Positions 49,952 through 59,873 of a stretch of DNA of 64,000 bases are shown in pieces (positions within the stretch are counted from its first letter, which is position 1; each line of letters opens with the position of its first letter). Location of the stretch: NCBI GenBank assembly GCA_964291625.2, contig OZ220089.1:2016001-2080000 (forward strand), in the 5' to 3' direction. The notes below the pieces were generated by a model. It had not been told where the DNA came from. It searched no databases and worked only from the letters and a program-made list of their open reading frames with translations. This DNA is from Candidatus Latescibacterota bacterium (lineage in GTDB: Bacteria > Latescibacterota > UBA2968 > UBA8231). The position numbers and the translations under genes were made by a program.

Positions 49952-52204
49952 ATGACGAGCCCACCCCCCCGACTGATCGAGGCCGCCTCTCCCGAGGTCG
50001 AGGCCAGGCTCCAGGCGGCCCTGGGCCGGGAGGAGGCCCTGATCCAGGTCCAGACCGACATGGCGGCGGACGGCAGGGCCTTCGGCTGCCGCTGGCTGGC
50101 CGCCTCCTCCCGCCGCATCGTCGTCGTCGACGAGGCCTCGGCCAACGGCGCCCTGTCGATCCCGATGGCGGAGGTGGCGCGGGTGCGCACCGAGCCCCTC
50201 GTCGGCGGTGGACGGCTCGAGATCGAGCGCCGCTCGGCCCCGACGGTGGCGATCCCCTACACCCGGTCGATGGCGGAGAAGCTCTCCGAGGCGGCCCGGG
50301 GGCTGGAGCAGCTGCGCGCCGGCGAGCCCTTTCTCATCACCCCCCGCCTCGCGCGCCTGAGGTGCGAGAAGTGCTCGCGCCTGCTGCCGGAACAGGACGG
50401 GATCTGTCCGGCCTGCATCCGCAAGTGGTCGACCCTCAAGCGCATCGCGCGCTACATGGCGCCGTACCCCTGGAAGGTCGTGACCCTGGCCATCGCCTCC
50501 CTGGTGACCACCGGCGCGGAACTGGCGTCACCGCTGGTGATCCGGCATCTCATCGACGAGGTCCTGGTGCCCCCGCCCACGGACGGCAGCCCGGCAGATC
50601 CGGAGTCCCGCCTCCGGCTGCTCGGCCTTCTGGTTCTGGCCCTGGTGGGGATCCGCCTGGTCAGCTGGGCCGCCGAGTGGGTCCACGGGTGGATCGCCGC
50701 CTGGCTCGGCGCCCGGTCCACGGCCGACATCCGCGGCGAGCTCTACCGCCGGCTGGAGATGTTGTCGCTGCAGTTCTACGACAAGCGCAAGGTCGGAGCC
50801 CTCATGTCGCGGGTCACGCGCGACACGGGCCGGCTCCAGGACTTCCTCGTCGATGGCCTCCCCTACCTGATCATCAACAGTCTGATCATCTTCGTCATCC
50901 TCGGCATCCTGCTCTGGCTGAGTTGGGAGCTGACGATCTACGCGCTGATCCCGGTTCCCTTCATCATGATGTGGGGCGCCTTGTTCTGGAAGCGCCTGCG
51001 CCGGCTGTTCACACGCTGGGGCGAGATGTGGTCGAACCTGACCGATCGCACCGCCGAAGCCCTCACCGGCATCCGGGTGGTCAAGGCCTTCGCCCAGGAG
51101 GGCCGTGAGATCGGCGCCTTTGCGCGCCTGAATCGCAGGATCACCGGGATCAGCGTGCGCACCGGCGTGAACCGCACCGTGTTCTTCGCCACCATCTCCT
51201 TCCTCACCGGCCTCGGCGCGATCATCATCTGGTACTTCGGCGGCCAGGAGGTGATCGCCGGCGAGCTGACCCTCGGCACCCTGCTGGCCGTCAGCTGGTG
51301 CATGGTGAGGATCTATGAGCCCCTGGAGTGGTTCGGCCAGGTCAACTCCTGGATGACGCGTGCCTTCGCCGGCGCCGAGCGCGTCTTCGAGGTCATCGAC
51401 ACGGTCCCCGAGTCGTACGACGACGCCCGGGCCGTGCGCATGCCCGGGATGCGGGGACGGATCCGGTTCGCGGACACGACCTTCGGCTACGACAAGAGCA
51501 AGCCCGTCCTCAAGGGCATCGACCTCGACGTGGGCGCCGAGGAGATGATCGGACTCGTGGGGCGCTCCGGGGTCGGCAAGACGACGACGGTGAACCTCAT
51601 CGCCCGGTTCTACGATGTCGATCACGGCTCCATCGAGATCGACGGCGTCGACATCCGGCGCATCAACCTGCGCGACCTGCGGCGCCAGATCGGCATCGTC
51701 TCCCAGGAGCCGGTCCTGTTCTCCGGCACCATCGCCGAGAACATCGGCTACGGCAAGCCGGGAGCGAAATTCGAGGAGATCATGGCCGCCGCCCGGCTGG
51801 CCAACGCCCACAACTTCATCGTCGCCAAGCCTGACGGCTACGAGACCCAGGTCGGAGAGCAGGGCAACAGCCTCTCCGGCGGCGAGCGCCAGCGGGTGGC
51901 CATCGCCCGGGCCATGCTCCACGACCCGAAGATCCTGATCCTCGACGAGGCGACCTCGTCGGTGGACGTGGAGACGGAGAAGCAGATCCAGCAGGCCGTG
52001 CACCGCATGGTCCAGGGCCGCACCACCTTCGCCATCGCCCACAGGCTGTCGACCCTGAGGGACGCGGAGCGCCTGGTGGTGCTGGAGGAGGGACGGATCG
52101 TCGAGGTCGGCAGCCACGCGGAGCTGATGGAGCGGCGCGGCGTCTTCCACGACCTCGTGCGGATGCAGCAGGAGGCCTCGAGGATCATCGCCGTCGCCGA
52201 ATGA
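49952..52204 (+). CDS. ABC transporter TMD-NBD with an N-terminal PH-like domain and Cys4 motif
   Basis: CEKC...CPAC; GRSGVGKT, LSGGERQR, ILILDEAT, IAHRL. Confidence 0.92.
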   Translation: MTSPPPRLIEAASPEVEARLQAALGREEALIQVQTDMAADGRAFGCRWLAASSRRIVVVDEASANGALSIPMAEVARVRTEPLVGGGRLEIERRSAPTVAIPYTRSMAEKLSEAARGLEQLRAGEPFLITPRLARLRCEKCSRLLPEQDGICPACIRKWSTLKRIARYMAPYPWKVVTLAIASLVTTGAELASPLVIRHLIDEVLVPPPTDGSPADPESRLRLLGLLVLALVGIRLVSWAAEWVHGWIAAWLGARSTADIRGELYRRLEMLSLQFYDKRKVGALMSRVTRDTGRLQDFLVDGLPYLIINSLIIFVILGILLWLSWELTIYALIPVPFIMMWGALFWKRLRRLFTRWGEMWSNLTDRTAEALTGIRVVKAFAQEGREIGAFARLNRRITGISVRTGVNRTVFFATISFLTGLGAIIIWYFGGQEVIAGELTLGTLLAVSWCMVRIYEPLEWFGQVNSWMTRAFAGAERVFEVIDTVPESYDDARAVRMPGMRGRIRFADTTFGYDKSKPVLKGIDLDVGAEEMIGLVGRSGVGKTTTVNLIARFYDVDHGSIEIDGVDIRRINLRDLRRQIGIVSQEPVLFSGTIAENIGYGKPGAKFEEIMAAARLANAHNFIVAKPDGYETQVGEQGNSLSGGERQRVAIARAMLHDPKILILDEATSSVDVETEKQIQQAVHRMVQGRTTFAIAHRLSTLRDAERLVVLEEGRIVEVGSHAELMERRGVFHDLVRMQQEASRIIAVAE

Positions 52205-54483
52205 AGCCCATGAAGCCGACCACCACAGAGCTGATCACCGACGGGCCGTCGCCCTTCCGCGAGCCCGCACCGGCGGCGGTGGAGGAGCGGGTTCGCCGCC
52301 GGACGGAGGCGGACGAGCCGGTCTGGGTCCGGGTGGCGACGGACATGTCCGAGGCCGGCGTCTACGCCGAGGGCTGGCTGGTGATCACCGACCGCAGGGT
52401 GCTGTTGCTCCCGGCCTCCGGCGGCGGCGACGAGCTTGCGGCGGTCGAGGAAGTGCCTCTCGCCGAGGTGCGCGCCGCCCGGGTGGAGGCCCTCGTCGGC
52501 GGTGGCCGCATGGAGGTGGTGCGCCGCCGGGGGGCGCCCGCGCACCTGTATTACTCCAACAGCCTGGCGGCCAAGTTCGCCGAGGTCGCGGAGAGTCTGA
52601 ACCAGCTGGCCGCGGGGGAGACGCCGAACCTGGCTACCGAGGTCGAGCGCAGCCGCTGCGAGCGCTGCGGCCGCGTGCTGCCCGAGAAGGACGGCGTCTG
52701 CCCGGCCTGCGTGAGCAAGCTGAGCACCCTGGGGCGCCTGCTGCGCTACATGGCGCCGTACAAGGGCCGCGCGGCCCTGCTGCTGGCGCTGCTGATCGTC
52801 GAGACCGCCGTCGATGTGCTGCCGCCCCTGGTCACCAAGGTCGTCATCGACGATGTGCTCGTCAGCGAGGAGCTGGAGCCGCGGGAGAAGCGCGGCCTGC
52901 TGGTGGAGTACGTCCTCGGCCTGCTGGCCATCAACGTCTTCGCCTGGTGCGCCTGGGTCGGCCGCCGCTGGGTGGGCAACTGGATCGGCTTCCGCGCCAT
53001 CGAGGCGATGCGGGCCGAGCTCTACCGGGCGCTGCAGTTCCTGCCGCTGCGGTTCTACGACAAGCGCAAGGTGGGGGGACTGATCTCGCGCATGTCGAAC
53101 GACTCCGACCTGGTGGAGGAGTACCTGATCTTCGACATCCCCTTCGTCGTCAGCAACGGGCTGCTGATCCTGACGATCCTCGCCATCCTGCTGTCAACCA
53201 GCTGGCAGCTGACCCTCTGGGTATTGCTGCCGATCCCGGCGATCCTCGCCGTCTCGACGTTGATCTGGAACCGCATGGAGCTGCACTGGATGCGATTCTC
53301 CACCCGCTGGTCGCGCCTGTCGTCGCATCTCAACGAGTCGATCCGCGGCATCCGCGTGGTCAAGGCCTTCGCCCAGGAGCAGCGCGAGGGCGAGCGATTC
53401 GAGCGCCGCAACACCGACCTGCGCGACGTGAGCGTCAGCGCCGAGCGCCACTGGATCGTGTTCTGGATGACCACCAACTTGTTCATGAGCGCCGGCGTGT
53501 TCTTCGTCTGGTACTTCGGAGGCCGCCAGGTGGTGCTGGGCGGACTCCAACCGGGTGAGCTTTGGGCCTTCATCATGTACATCATGATGCTCTATCAGCC
53601 GCTGAAGTGGTTCGGGGACTTCTACGGGTTCATGATGCGGGCCTATGCCGGTGCCGAGCGCATCTTCGAGGTCATCGACGCCAGGCCCGAGCCCTTCGAC
53701 GATCCGCGGGCGCTTCCCAGGCCAGGCCTCGAAGGCCGCGTCCGCTTCCGCGGCGCCTTCTTCGGCTACGATCCGGGAAAGCCGGTGCTGCGCGAGGCGG
53801 ATCTCGAGGTGGAGCCCGGCGAGATGATCGGCCTCGTTGGCAAGTCCGGGGCCGGCAAGTCGACCTTGATCCACCTCCTGTGCCGGTTCTACGACGTCAC
53901 CCGCGGCCGGCTGGAGATCGACGGCGTCGACATCCGCCGCCTGCGGCTCGAGGACCTGCGCTCCCAGATCGGACTGGTGGCCCAGCAGTCGTTCCTGTTC
54001 AACGGCACGGTGGCCGAGAACATCGCCTACGGAAAGCCCGGAGCCTCCTTCGACGAGGTCCTGCGCGCGGCCAGGGCGGCCAACGCTCACGAGTTCATCA
54101 TCAAGCTGCCCGACGGTTACGACATGGTGGTGGGCGAGCAGGGCGGCAGGCTCTCCGGGGGCGAGCGGCAGCGCATCGCCATCGCCCGGGCGATCCTGCA
54201 CGATCCGAAGATCCTGATCCTCGACGAGGCGACCTCCTCCCTGGACACGCCCACGGAGAAGAAGATCCAGGAGGCGATCGCGAGGCTGGTGGAAGGGCGC
54301 ACGACCTTCGCCATCGCCCACCGGCTGTCGACGCTGAGGTCCGCCGACCGGCTGGTCGTCCTCGACGGCGGCCGCATCGTCGAGACCGGGACCCACGAGG
54401 AGCTGATGCGCCGCGAGGGCTTCTTCTACAAGCTCGTCAAGACCCAGCAGGAGACCACGGCCGTCATGGCCGTGAGCGGATGA
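52201..54483 (+). CDS. ABC transporter TMD-NBD with an N-terminal PH-like domain and Cys4 motif
   Basis: CERC...CPAC; GKSGAGKS, LSGGERQR, ILILDEAT, IAHRL; ATGA overlap. Confidence 0.92.
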   Translation: MKPMKPTTTELITDGPSPFREPAPAAVEERVRRRTEADEPVWVRVATDMSEAGVYAEGWLVITDRRVLLLPASGGGDELAAVEEVPLAEVRAARVEALVGGGRMEVVRRRGAPAHLYYSNSLAAKFAEVAESLNQLAAGETPNLATEVERSRCERCGRVLPEKDGVCPACVSKLSTLGRLLRYMAPYKGRAALLLALLIVETAVDVLPPLVTKVVIDDVLVSEELEPREKRGLLVEYVLGLLAINVFAWCAWVGRRWVGNWIGFRAIEAMRAELYRALQFLPLRFYDKRKVGGLISRMSNDSDLVEEYLIFDIPFVVSNGLLILTILAILLSTSWQLTLWVLLPIPAILAVSTLIWNRMELHWMRFSTRWSRLSSHLNESIRGIRVVKAFAQEQREGERFERRNTDLRDVSVSAERHWIVFWMTTNLFMSAGVFFVWYFGGRQVVLGGLQPGELWAFIMYIMMLYQPLKWFGDFYGFMMRAYAGAERIFEVIDARPEPFDDPRALPRPGLEGRVRFRGAFFGYDPGKPVLREADLEVEPGEMIGLVGKSGAGKSTLIHLLCRFYDVTRGRLEIDGVDIRRLRLEDLRSQIGLVAQQSFLFNGTVAENIAYGKPGASFDEVLRAARAANAHEFIIKLPDGYDMVVGEQGGRLSGGERQRIAIARAILHDPKILILDEATSSLDTPTEKKIQEAIARLVEGRTTFAIAHRLSTLRSADRLVVLDGGRIVETGTHEELMRREGFFYKLVKTQQETTAVMAVSG

Positions 54484-55004
54484 AGGCCGGGCACCAGCCG
54501 GCGCCGATCACGGTGACCCACCCGGAGGAGGTCGACATCTCCCGGGTGCGGCTCTTCCGCGAGCCCCCGTGGATGCTGCGGCTCACCATCGACGGCGACC
54601 GGTCCTACACCCGCGTCAAGGTCGTGCGGGCGGCGCCCCTGTCCCATCCGGCCCGCTACATCTCCCTTCTCGACGAGAAGGACGAGGAGGTCTGCATGAT
54701 CCCCGACGTCAAGGAGCTCGACGGGGAGATGCGCGCCATCGTCGAGGCGGAGCTCGACCGGCGCTACCTGACTTCCGCCGTGCGGCGGGTGCTGTCCATG
54801 CGCAACGAGTTCGGCACCTCCTACTGGGACGTGGAAACGAACCGCGGCCGGCGCGAGTTCGTCGTCCAGAACGCCGCCGAGAGCGCCCAGTGGCTGGGAG
54901 ATCACCGCTTGCTGCTGGTCGACGTGGACGGCAATCGTTTCGAGATTCCCGACCTCCGCGAGCTCGACAAGAAGAGCCTGAGCCTGGTCGAGCTGGTGCT
55001 GTGA
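54480..55004 (+). CDS. DUF1854-like protein
   Basis: VVRAAPLS.P..YISL, ELDRRYL, WDVETNRG.REF, DVDGNRFEI; ATGA overlap. Confidence 0.82.
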   Translation: MKAGHQPAPITVTHPEEVDISRVRLFREPPWMLRLTIDGDRSYTRVKVVRAAPLSHPARYISLLDEKDEEVCMIPDVKELDGEMRAIVEAELDRRYLTSAVRRVLSMRNEFGTSYWDVETNRGRREFVVQNAAESAQWLGDHRLLLVDVDGNRFEIPDLRELDKKSLSLVELVL

Positions 55005-55027
55005 ATCCCAACGGCGAGAGAGACGCC

Positions 55028-55696
55028 ATGACCCCCACCGACCCCGCCATCGTCGAAGCCCTGAGCCGGTTCGACTCCCCCACCCTCTTCAACGCCCTGG
55101 CCGAGATCACCGGCCTGCCGAACGAGGAGTACACCGACCACACCATCCGCTGCCTGCTGCCGGACCTGGGTCCGGCGGTGGGCTACGCCGTCACCGCCGA
55201 GGTGACGACGAACGACCCGGACTCGCCCAGCATCCCCTGGACCGACTACTACGAGTGGCTGGAGGGCTTCGAGGGACCGATGGTCACGGTCCTTCAGGAC
55301 GTGGACTCGCGGCCGGGCCGGGGCGCCTGCATCGGCGACGGCATGGCCGCCCTCCACAAGCGGCTGGGCGTGACCGGCGCCATCGTCAACGGCACCGCCC
55401 GCGACCTGCCCGGGATCCGGCGCTTCGGACTCCCGGTGTGGGCCTGGGGGGCCGTCCCCGGCCACGGCGCCTTCCACCTGGTACGCTGCGGGGCCTCGGT
55501 GACCGCCGGACAGCTGCGGATCCAGGCGGGGGATCTGCTGTTGGCCGATCTCGACGGTTGCGTGCGCATTCCGGTGAAGGACGCGGAGGAGGTCGTCAAG
55601 GTCGCCGGCGAGGTCCGCGAGATGGAGGCCGGCATCCACGCCTTCTACAGCTCCCCCGACTTCACGGTGGCGGAAATGAAGAAGCGGAAGGGCTGA
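55028..55696 (+). CDS. RraA family / HMG-aldolase-like protein
   Basis: DSPTLFNA, VGYAVT, IGDGMA, GAIVNGTARD, GDLLLADLDG. Confidence 0.8.
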   Translation: MTPTDPAIVEALSRFDSPTLFNALAEITGLPNEEYTDHTIRCLLPDLGPAVGYAVTAEVTTNDPDSPSIPWTDYYEWLEGFEGPMVTVLQDVDSRPGRGACIGDGMAALHKRLGVTGAIVNGTARDLPGIRRFGLPVWAWGAVPGHGAFHLVRCGASVTAGQLRIQAGDLLLADLDGCVRIPVKDAEEVVKVAGEVREMEAGIHAFYSSPDFTVAEMKKRKG

Positions 55697-55706
55697 GGGG
55701 GGACCC

Positions 55707-58502
55707 ATGGGCACCAGGCATCCATTCCTTGCGGCTGTCGCCGCCGCCGTCTTCTCCGTGGGGGCCCTCGCCCAGGAAGAGGCCGAAGAGAGCAGCGTCT
55801 ACCAGATCGAGGCGGTCACGGTGACGGGCTCGCGCATCAAGAGCGAGGAGAGCCTGTCGCCGGCGCCGATCGTGGTCATGTCCACGGAGGAGATCCGGGC
55901 CCGGGGCCTGGCCTCCATCGGGGACGTGCTGCAGACGCTCACCGTGCAGTCCAACGCCATCAACACGCAGGCCAACAACGGCGGCGACGGCTCCACCCGC
56001 ATCAGCCTGCGAGGCCTCGGCTCCCAGCGCACCCTGGTGCTGCTCAACGGCCGGCGCTACGTGGCCGGAGGGACCGGGGCCAACGGCTCCGTCGACCTGA
56101 ACTCCATTCCCGCCTCCGTCATCGAGCGCATCGAAGTCCTCAAGGACGGGGCCTCGGCGGTCTACGGGTCGGACGCCGTGGGGGGCGTGGTGAACATCAT
56201 CACCCGCTCCGGGATGGAGGGGCTCGAGGTCGAGGTCTACGAGGGGATCTCCGGCGCCGGCGACGGGGAGGTCCGCGACGTCTCCGTGAGCTACGGCGTA
56301 CAGAGCGGCAAGGGCCACATCCTGTTCTCGGCCAGCTACCACAACCGCGAGCCGGTGTGGACCGGTGACCGCAGCTTCAGCAAGACCGACAAGGCCTACA
56401 ACTGGGCCACGAACGACGGCACCTTCAACAAGAACGGCAGCTCGGCCACGCCCGAAGGCCACATCATCGACCGCCTCGACGAGGTGGGCAACGAGGCCTG
56501 GCAGGCCCTCGTGGCGGCCACCGACGACGCCGGGGACTACCACCTCGATCCGGACAAGGGATGGCGCCCCTTCAACCGGGCCGGGATCTCCTCCGACGGC
56601 AGCGGCGATCTCTACAACTACCAGCCCGAGAACTACCTCTACACGCCGCAGACCCGCTACAGCTCCTTCCTCGGCGGCTCCCGAAGTGTTGGCCCGGACA
56701 TGACCGCCTTTTTCGAGGTGCTCTACACCAACCGCCAGTCCGATCAGAAGCTGGCCCCCACGCCCCTGTTCATCCACTTCGAGGAGATCTCGCTATCGGC
56801 CGCCAACCGCTACAACGAGTTCGGCCGCGACTTCATCGACGTGCGCCGGCGCTTCGTCGAGGCCAGCAACCGCAACTACCTCCAGGACATCGATACCTAC
56901 CGCATGGTCCTGGGCCTGAACCACAAGCTCATGGGCTACGAGGGCGACCTGTCCTTCTCCTACGGACGCACGGAGGGCACCAACGTCAACGAGGGGCGTT
57001 TCATCCGCGGCAACCTGGAGCGGGCCCTCGGTCCGGACGAGGACTGCACCGGCGACTGCGTGCCGCTGGACATCCTCCACGGGGCCGGCACCATCACCCC
57101 GGAAATGCTCGACTACATCCAGTACACGGGCATCGCCAGGGGGTATTCCCGGCAGCGGATCCTGCAGTACAACCTGACCGGCCACGTGACGAACCTGCCC
57201 GCCGGCACCCTGGCCGCGGCCGTCGGCGCCTCCTGGCGCTGGGAGGCGGGAGCCTACATCCCCGATCCCCTCACGGCGTCGGGGAACACCACGGGCAGCA
57301 AGCAGGCGCCCACGGACGGCTCGTACGAAGTCCGGGACGCGTACCTCGAGACCCGGGTGCCGGTGTACGGGGCGGACGCGGTGAGCCTCGATCTCACGGC
57401 CGCCGCACGCGCCTTCAGCTACGACACCTTCGGCTCGGGCTTCACCTACGAGGGCGGCTCCCATGTCCAGCTCCCGAAGGGGCTGGCCCTGCGGGCCACC
57501 ATGTCCAACGCCTTCCGCGCCCCCAGCATCGGCGAGATGTTCCTCGGCTCCACCGATTCCTTCCCCTTGGTGAGCGATCCCTGCAGCACGGTGGATGAAG
57601 CCGGAAACGCCCGGGAGCTGACGGAGCAGCAGAAACTCAACTGCGCCGCCCGGGGCGTACCCGCCGACTTCGAGGACTCGCGGGCGCAACTGGCGGCCAA
57701 GTTGGGGGGATCGGCGGACCTCGATCCGGAGAAGGCCGACATGTTCACGGCGGGCGTCGTCTATCAGCCCGGGTTCGTGGACGGGCTCGATCTGACCGCG
57801 GACTACTACACCGCCACCATCAGGGACGAGATCGCCGCCCTGGGGGCCGGCCTCATCCTGAGCAACTGCTACTCCCAGGAATCGCCCTCCCACTGCGACC
57901 GGGTGATACGCGACGACAATCACCTGATCCGGCGGATCCTGAACCCCGCCGACAACATCGGCGAGACCGAGACCCGCGGCGTGGACCTGGGCCTCCATCA
58001 CGTGGCCGACCTGCCCTTCGGCATTCTCTCGACGCAGCTGGCGAGCACCCTGCTGCTCGACTACGACGTGACCCTGCCCACGGCGAAGCCCGATAGCACC
58101 GTAGTGGTCAAGGGCAAGGGTTACTACGACCTCGGGGTGTTCCCGGACTGGCGGCACAACGCCTCGGCGACCCTGGCCAAGGCGCGGTACTCCGTGGGGC
58201 TCAGCTGGCGCTACGTGGGCGGTTTCCGGGAGTGCGAGGACGACGACTGCAAGGGCTTCTACCGCGAGGACGTCGAGAGAGAACCCCCGAGCCGCGAGGT
58301 CGACGCCAACAGCACCTTCAATCTGCACGCCTCCTGCAAGCTTAACACCGACCTCGGCGAATCGGTGCTGACCGTCGGCATCAACAACCTGCTCGACCAG
58401 CCGCCGGTGGTGATCTTCAACGGTTTCCTGGGCACCTCCGACTCCAACACCTACGACTTCCTGGGCCGCTACATGTACGTGCGCCTGTCCTTCTCCCGGT
58501 AG
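55707..58502 (+). CDS. TonB-dependent outer membrane receptor
   Basis: Signal peptide, TonB box EAVTVTGSRI, LRGLG..RTLVLLNGRR, IERIEVLKDGASAVYGSDAVGGVVNIIT, NNLLD. Confidence 0.95.
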   Translation: MGTRHPFLAAVAAAVFSVGALAQEEAEESSVYQIEAVTVTGSRIKSEESLSPAPIVVMSTEEIRARGLASIGDVLQTLTVQSNAINTQANNGGDGSTRISLRGLGSQRTLVLLNGRRYVAGGTGANGSVDLNSIPASVIERIEVLKDGASAVYGSDAVGGVVNIITRSGMEGLEVEVYEGISGAGDGEVRDVSVSYGVQSGKGHILFSASYHNREPVWTGDRSFSKTDKAYNWATNDGTFNKNGSSATPEGHIIDRLDEVGNEAWQALVAATDDAGDYHLDPDKGWRPFNRAGISSDGSGDLYNYQPENYLYTPQTRYSSFLGGSRSVGPDMTAFFEVLYTNRQSDQKLAPTPLFIHFEEISLSAANRYNEFGRDFIDVRRRFVEASNRNYLQDIDTYRMVLGLNHKLMGYEGDLSFSYGRTEGTNVNEGRFIRGNLERALGPDEDCTGDCVPLDILHGAGTITPEMLDYIQYTGIARGYSRQRILQYNLTGHVTNLPAGTLAAAVGASWRWEAGAYIPDPLTASGNTTGSKQAPTDGSYEVRDAYLETRVPVYGADAVSLDLTAAARAFSYDTFGSGFTYEGGSHVQLPKGLALRATMSNAFRAPSIGEMFLGSTDSFPLVSDPCSTVDEAGNARELTEQQKLNCAARGVPADFEDSRAQLAAKLGGSADLDPEKADMFTAGVVYQPGFVDGLDLTADYYTATIRDEIAALGAGLILSNCYSQESPSHCDRVIRDDNHLIRRILNPADNIGETETRGVDLGLHHVADLPFGILSTQLASTLLLDYDVTLPTAKPDSTVVVKGKGYYDLGVFPDWRHNASATLAKARYSVGLSWRYVGGFRECEDDDCKGFYREDVEREPPSREVDANSTFNLHASCKLNTDLGESVLTVGINNLLDQPPVVIFNGFLGTSDSNTYDFLGRYMYVRLSFSR

Positions 58503-58549
58503 GGATCCCGGCCGGCCGTGGCAGCGCCCGGACTCCGGCGCCGACTCCC

Positions 58550-59278
58550 TTGAATCGATATCACCGCGCCAACAGAGACCGCTGGAACCTCGCCTCCACC
58601 GAGTACGCGGCCATGCACGACCCGCGCCGCGCGTGGAGGCAGCCGGAGAAGGTCTTTCTCCAGCAGGAGCTCGACCTGATCGGGCCGATCGAAGGCCGGC
58701 AGGTCTGCGTTCTGGGCAGCGGTGACAACCTCGCCGTCTTCGCCTTCGCCGGAATGGGCGCGAGGGTCACCTCGGTGGATATCTCCTCGGGCCAGCTGGC
58801 GGTCGCCCGGCACCGCGCCCACGAGCTGGGCCTCGAGATCGAGTTCGTGGAAGCGGATGTCACCGACCTCGCGCGCCTGGAGAGCGGGCGCTTCGACCTC
58901 GCGTACACGGCGGATCACGTCGGCGTCTGGGTCTCGGACCTGAGGGCCTTCTACCGCGAGGCGATCCGGATCCTGCGCCCCGGGGGCCTCTTCCTCGTCA
59001 CCGAGTACCATCCCTTCCGGCGGATCTGGAAGGACCGGGAGGACCGCCTGGAGCTCGCGTGCAGCTACCACGACAGCGGTCCCCACGAGTACGAGAGCGC
59101 CGACGGGGTCCGTCAGTACGAGTTCCACTGGACCGTCGCCCAGTACCTGAACGCCGTCATCGAGCAGGGAGCCGACCTGGTCCGGTTCGACGAGATCGGG
59201 GAGGATGCCGAGTCCTGGGAGCACGCCCCCCTCGAGGGCCTGCCCCGGAAGCTCCTCATCGCGGGACGGAAGCGTTGA
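58550..59278 (+). CDS. Class I SAM-dependent methyltransferase
   Basis: VCVLGSGD, VTSVDIS, EADV, FDL, ILRPGG. Confidence 0.85.
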   Translation: MNRYHRANRDRWNLASTEYAAMHDPRRAWRQPEKVFLQQELDLIGPIEGRQVCVLGSGDNLAVFAFAGMGARVTSVDISSGQLAVARHRAHELGLEIEFVEADVTDLARLESGRFDLAYTADHVGVWVSDLRAFYREAIRILRPGGLFLVTEYHPFRRIWKDREDRLELACSYHDSGPHEYESADGVRQYEFHWTVAQYLNAVIEQGADLVRFDEIGEDAESWEHAPLEGLPRKLLIAGRKR

Positions 59279-59832
59279 ACTCTCACCTCCAAGCCGAGAT
59301 CCTGGCGAGCTATGCCGCGATCGCATCCTTCGACAGGAGACGGCGCGAGTACCGGCGGGTGGGCTGGATCTATGCATGCAGCAACAGTTCCTTCGTGGAT
59401 TCCGTCTACAAGGTCGGCCAATCAGCGCGACCCCCGAGTCTGCGTGTATCCGAGTTGGGTTCCTCGACTTCGGTCTATCGGGACTTCCAGCTCGTCTACT
59501 TCGTCCATGTGTCGAATCGCGATCGCGCGGAAGGCCAAGCTCACACAGCTTTGGACGAGCATCGCGTCAATCGGGGCAAGGAATTCTTTCAGGCGCCTCT
59601 GCCCGTGATCGTGAAGGCCATGGACGTGGCCGCAAATGCGTTTCCCGTGCAGCGCGGGAAGACCCCGCGCGCAGGAGTCCTAGAGCAGCCCCTGCAGCCG
59701 CGTCAGGTACGCTGTCCCAGGTGCGAATCCCGGAATCGCGTGCCGACTGTCCTCACGAAGATCCGGGTGAAGTGCGGCTCCTGCGCGGAGCAGTTGGAGA
59801 TCCCATCCGACCTTCCGGGATGGGAATCGTGA
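59275..59832 (+). CDS. T5orf172/GIY-YIG-like protein with a C-terminal zinc ribbon
   Basis: GWIY...N...YKVGQS...RV.EL...T.V...F...AE...H..L...RVN..KEFF; CPRC...CGSC. Confidence 0.75.
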   Translation: MNSHLQAEILASYAAIASFDRRRREYRRVGWIYACSNSSFVDSVYKVGQSARPPSLRVSELGSSTSVYRDFQLVYFVHVSNRDRAEGQAHTALDEHRVNRGKEFFQAPLPVIVKAMDVAANAFPVQRGKTPRAGVLEQPLQPRQVRCPRCESRNRVPTVLTKIRVKCGSCAEQLEIPSDLPGWES

Positions 59833-59873
59833 CGTTGCGCAGAGCTATGGCGGCGCCTTCCCGGGGGGATCCA

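Noticed and set aside
49952-54483. Peptidase-containing (PCAT) RiPP exporter
   Set aside because: The N-terminal domain lacks the C39 Q...DCG motif, and no precursor or maturase is nearby.
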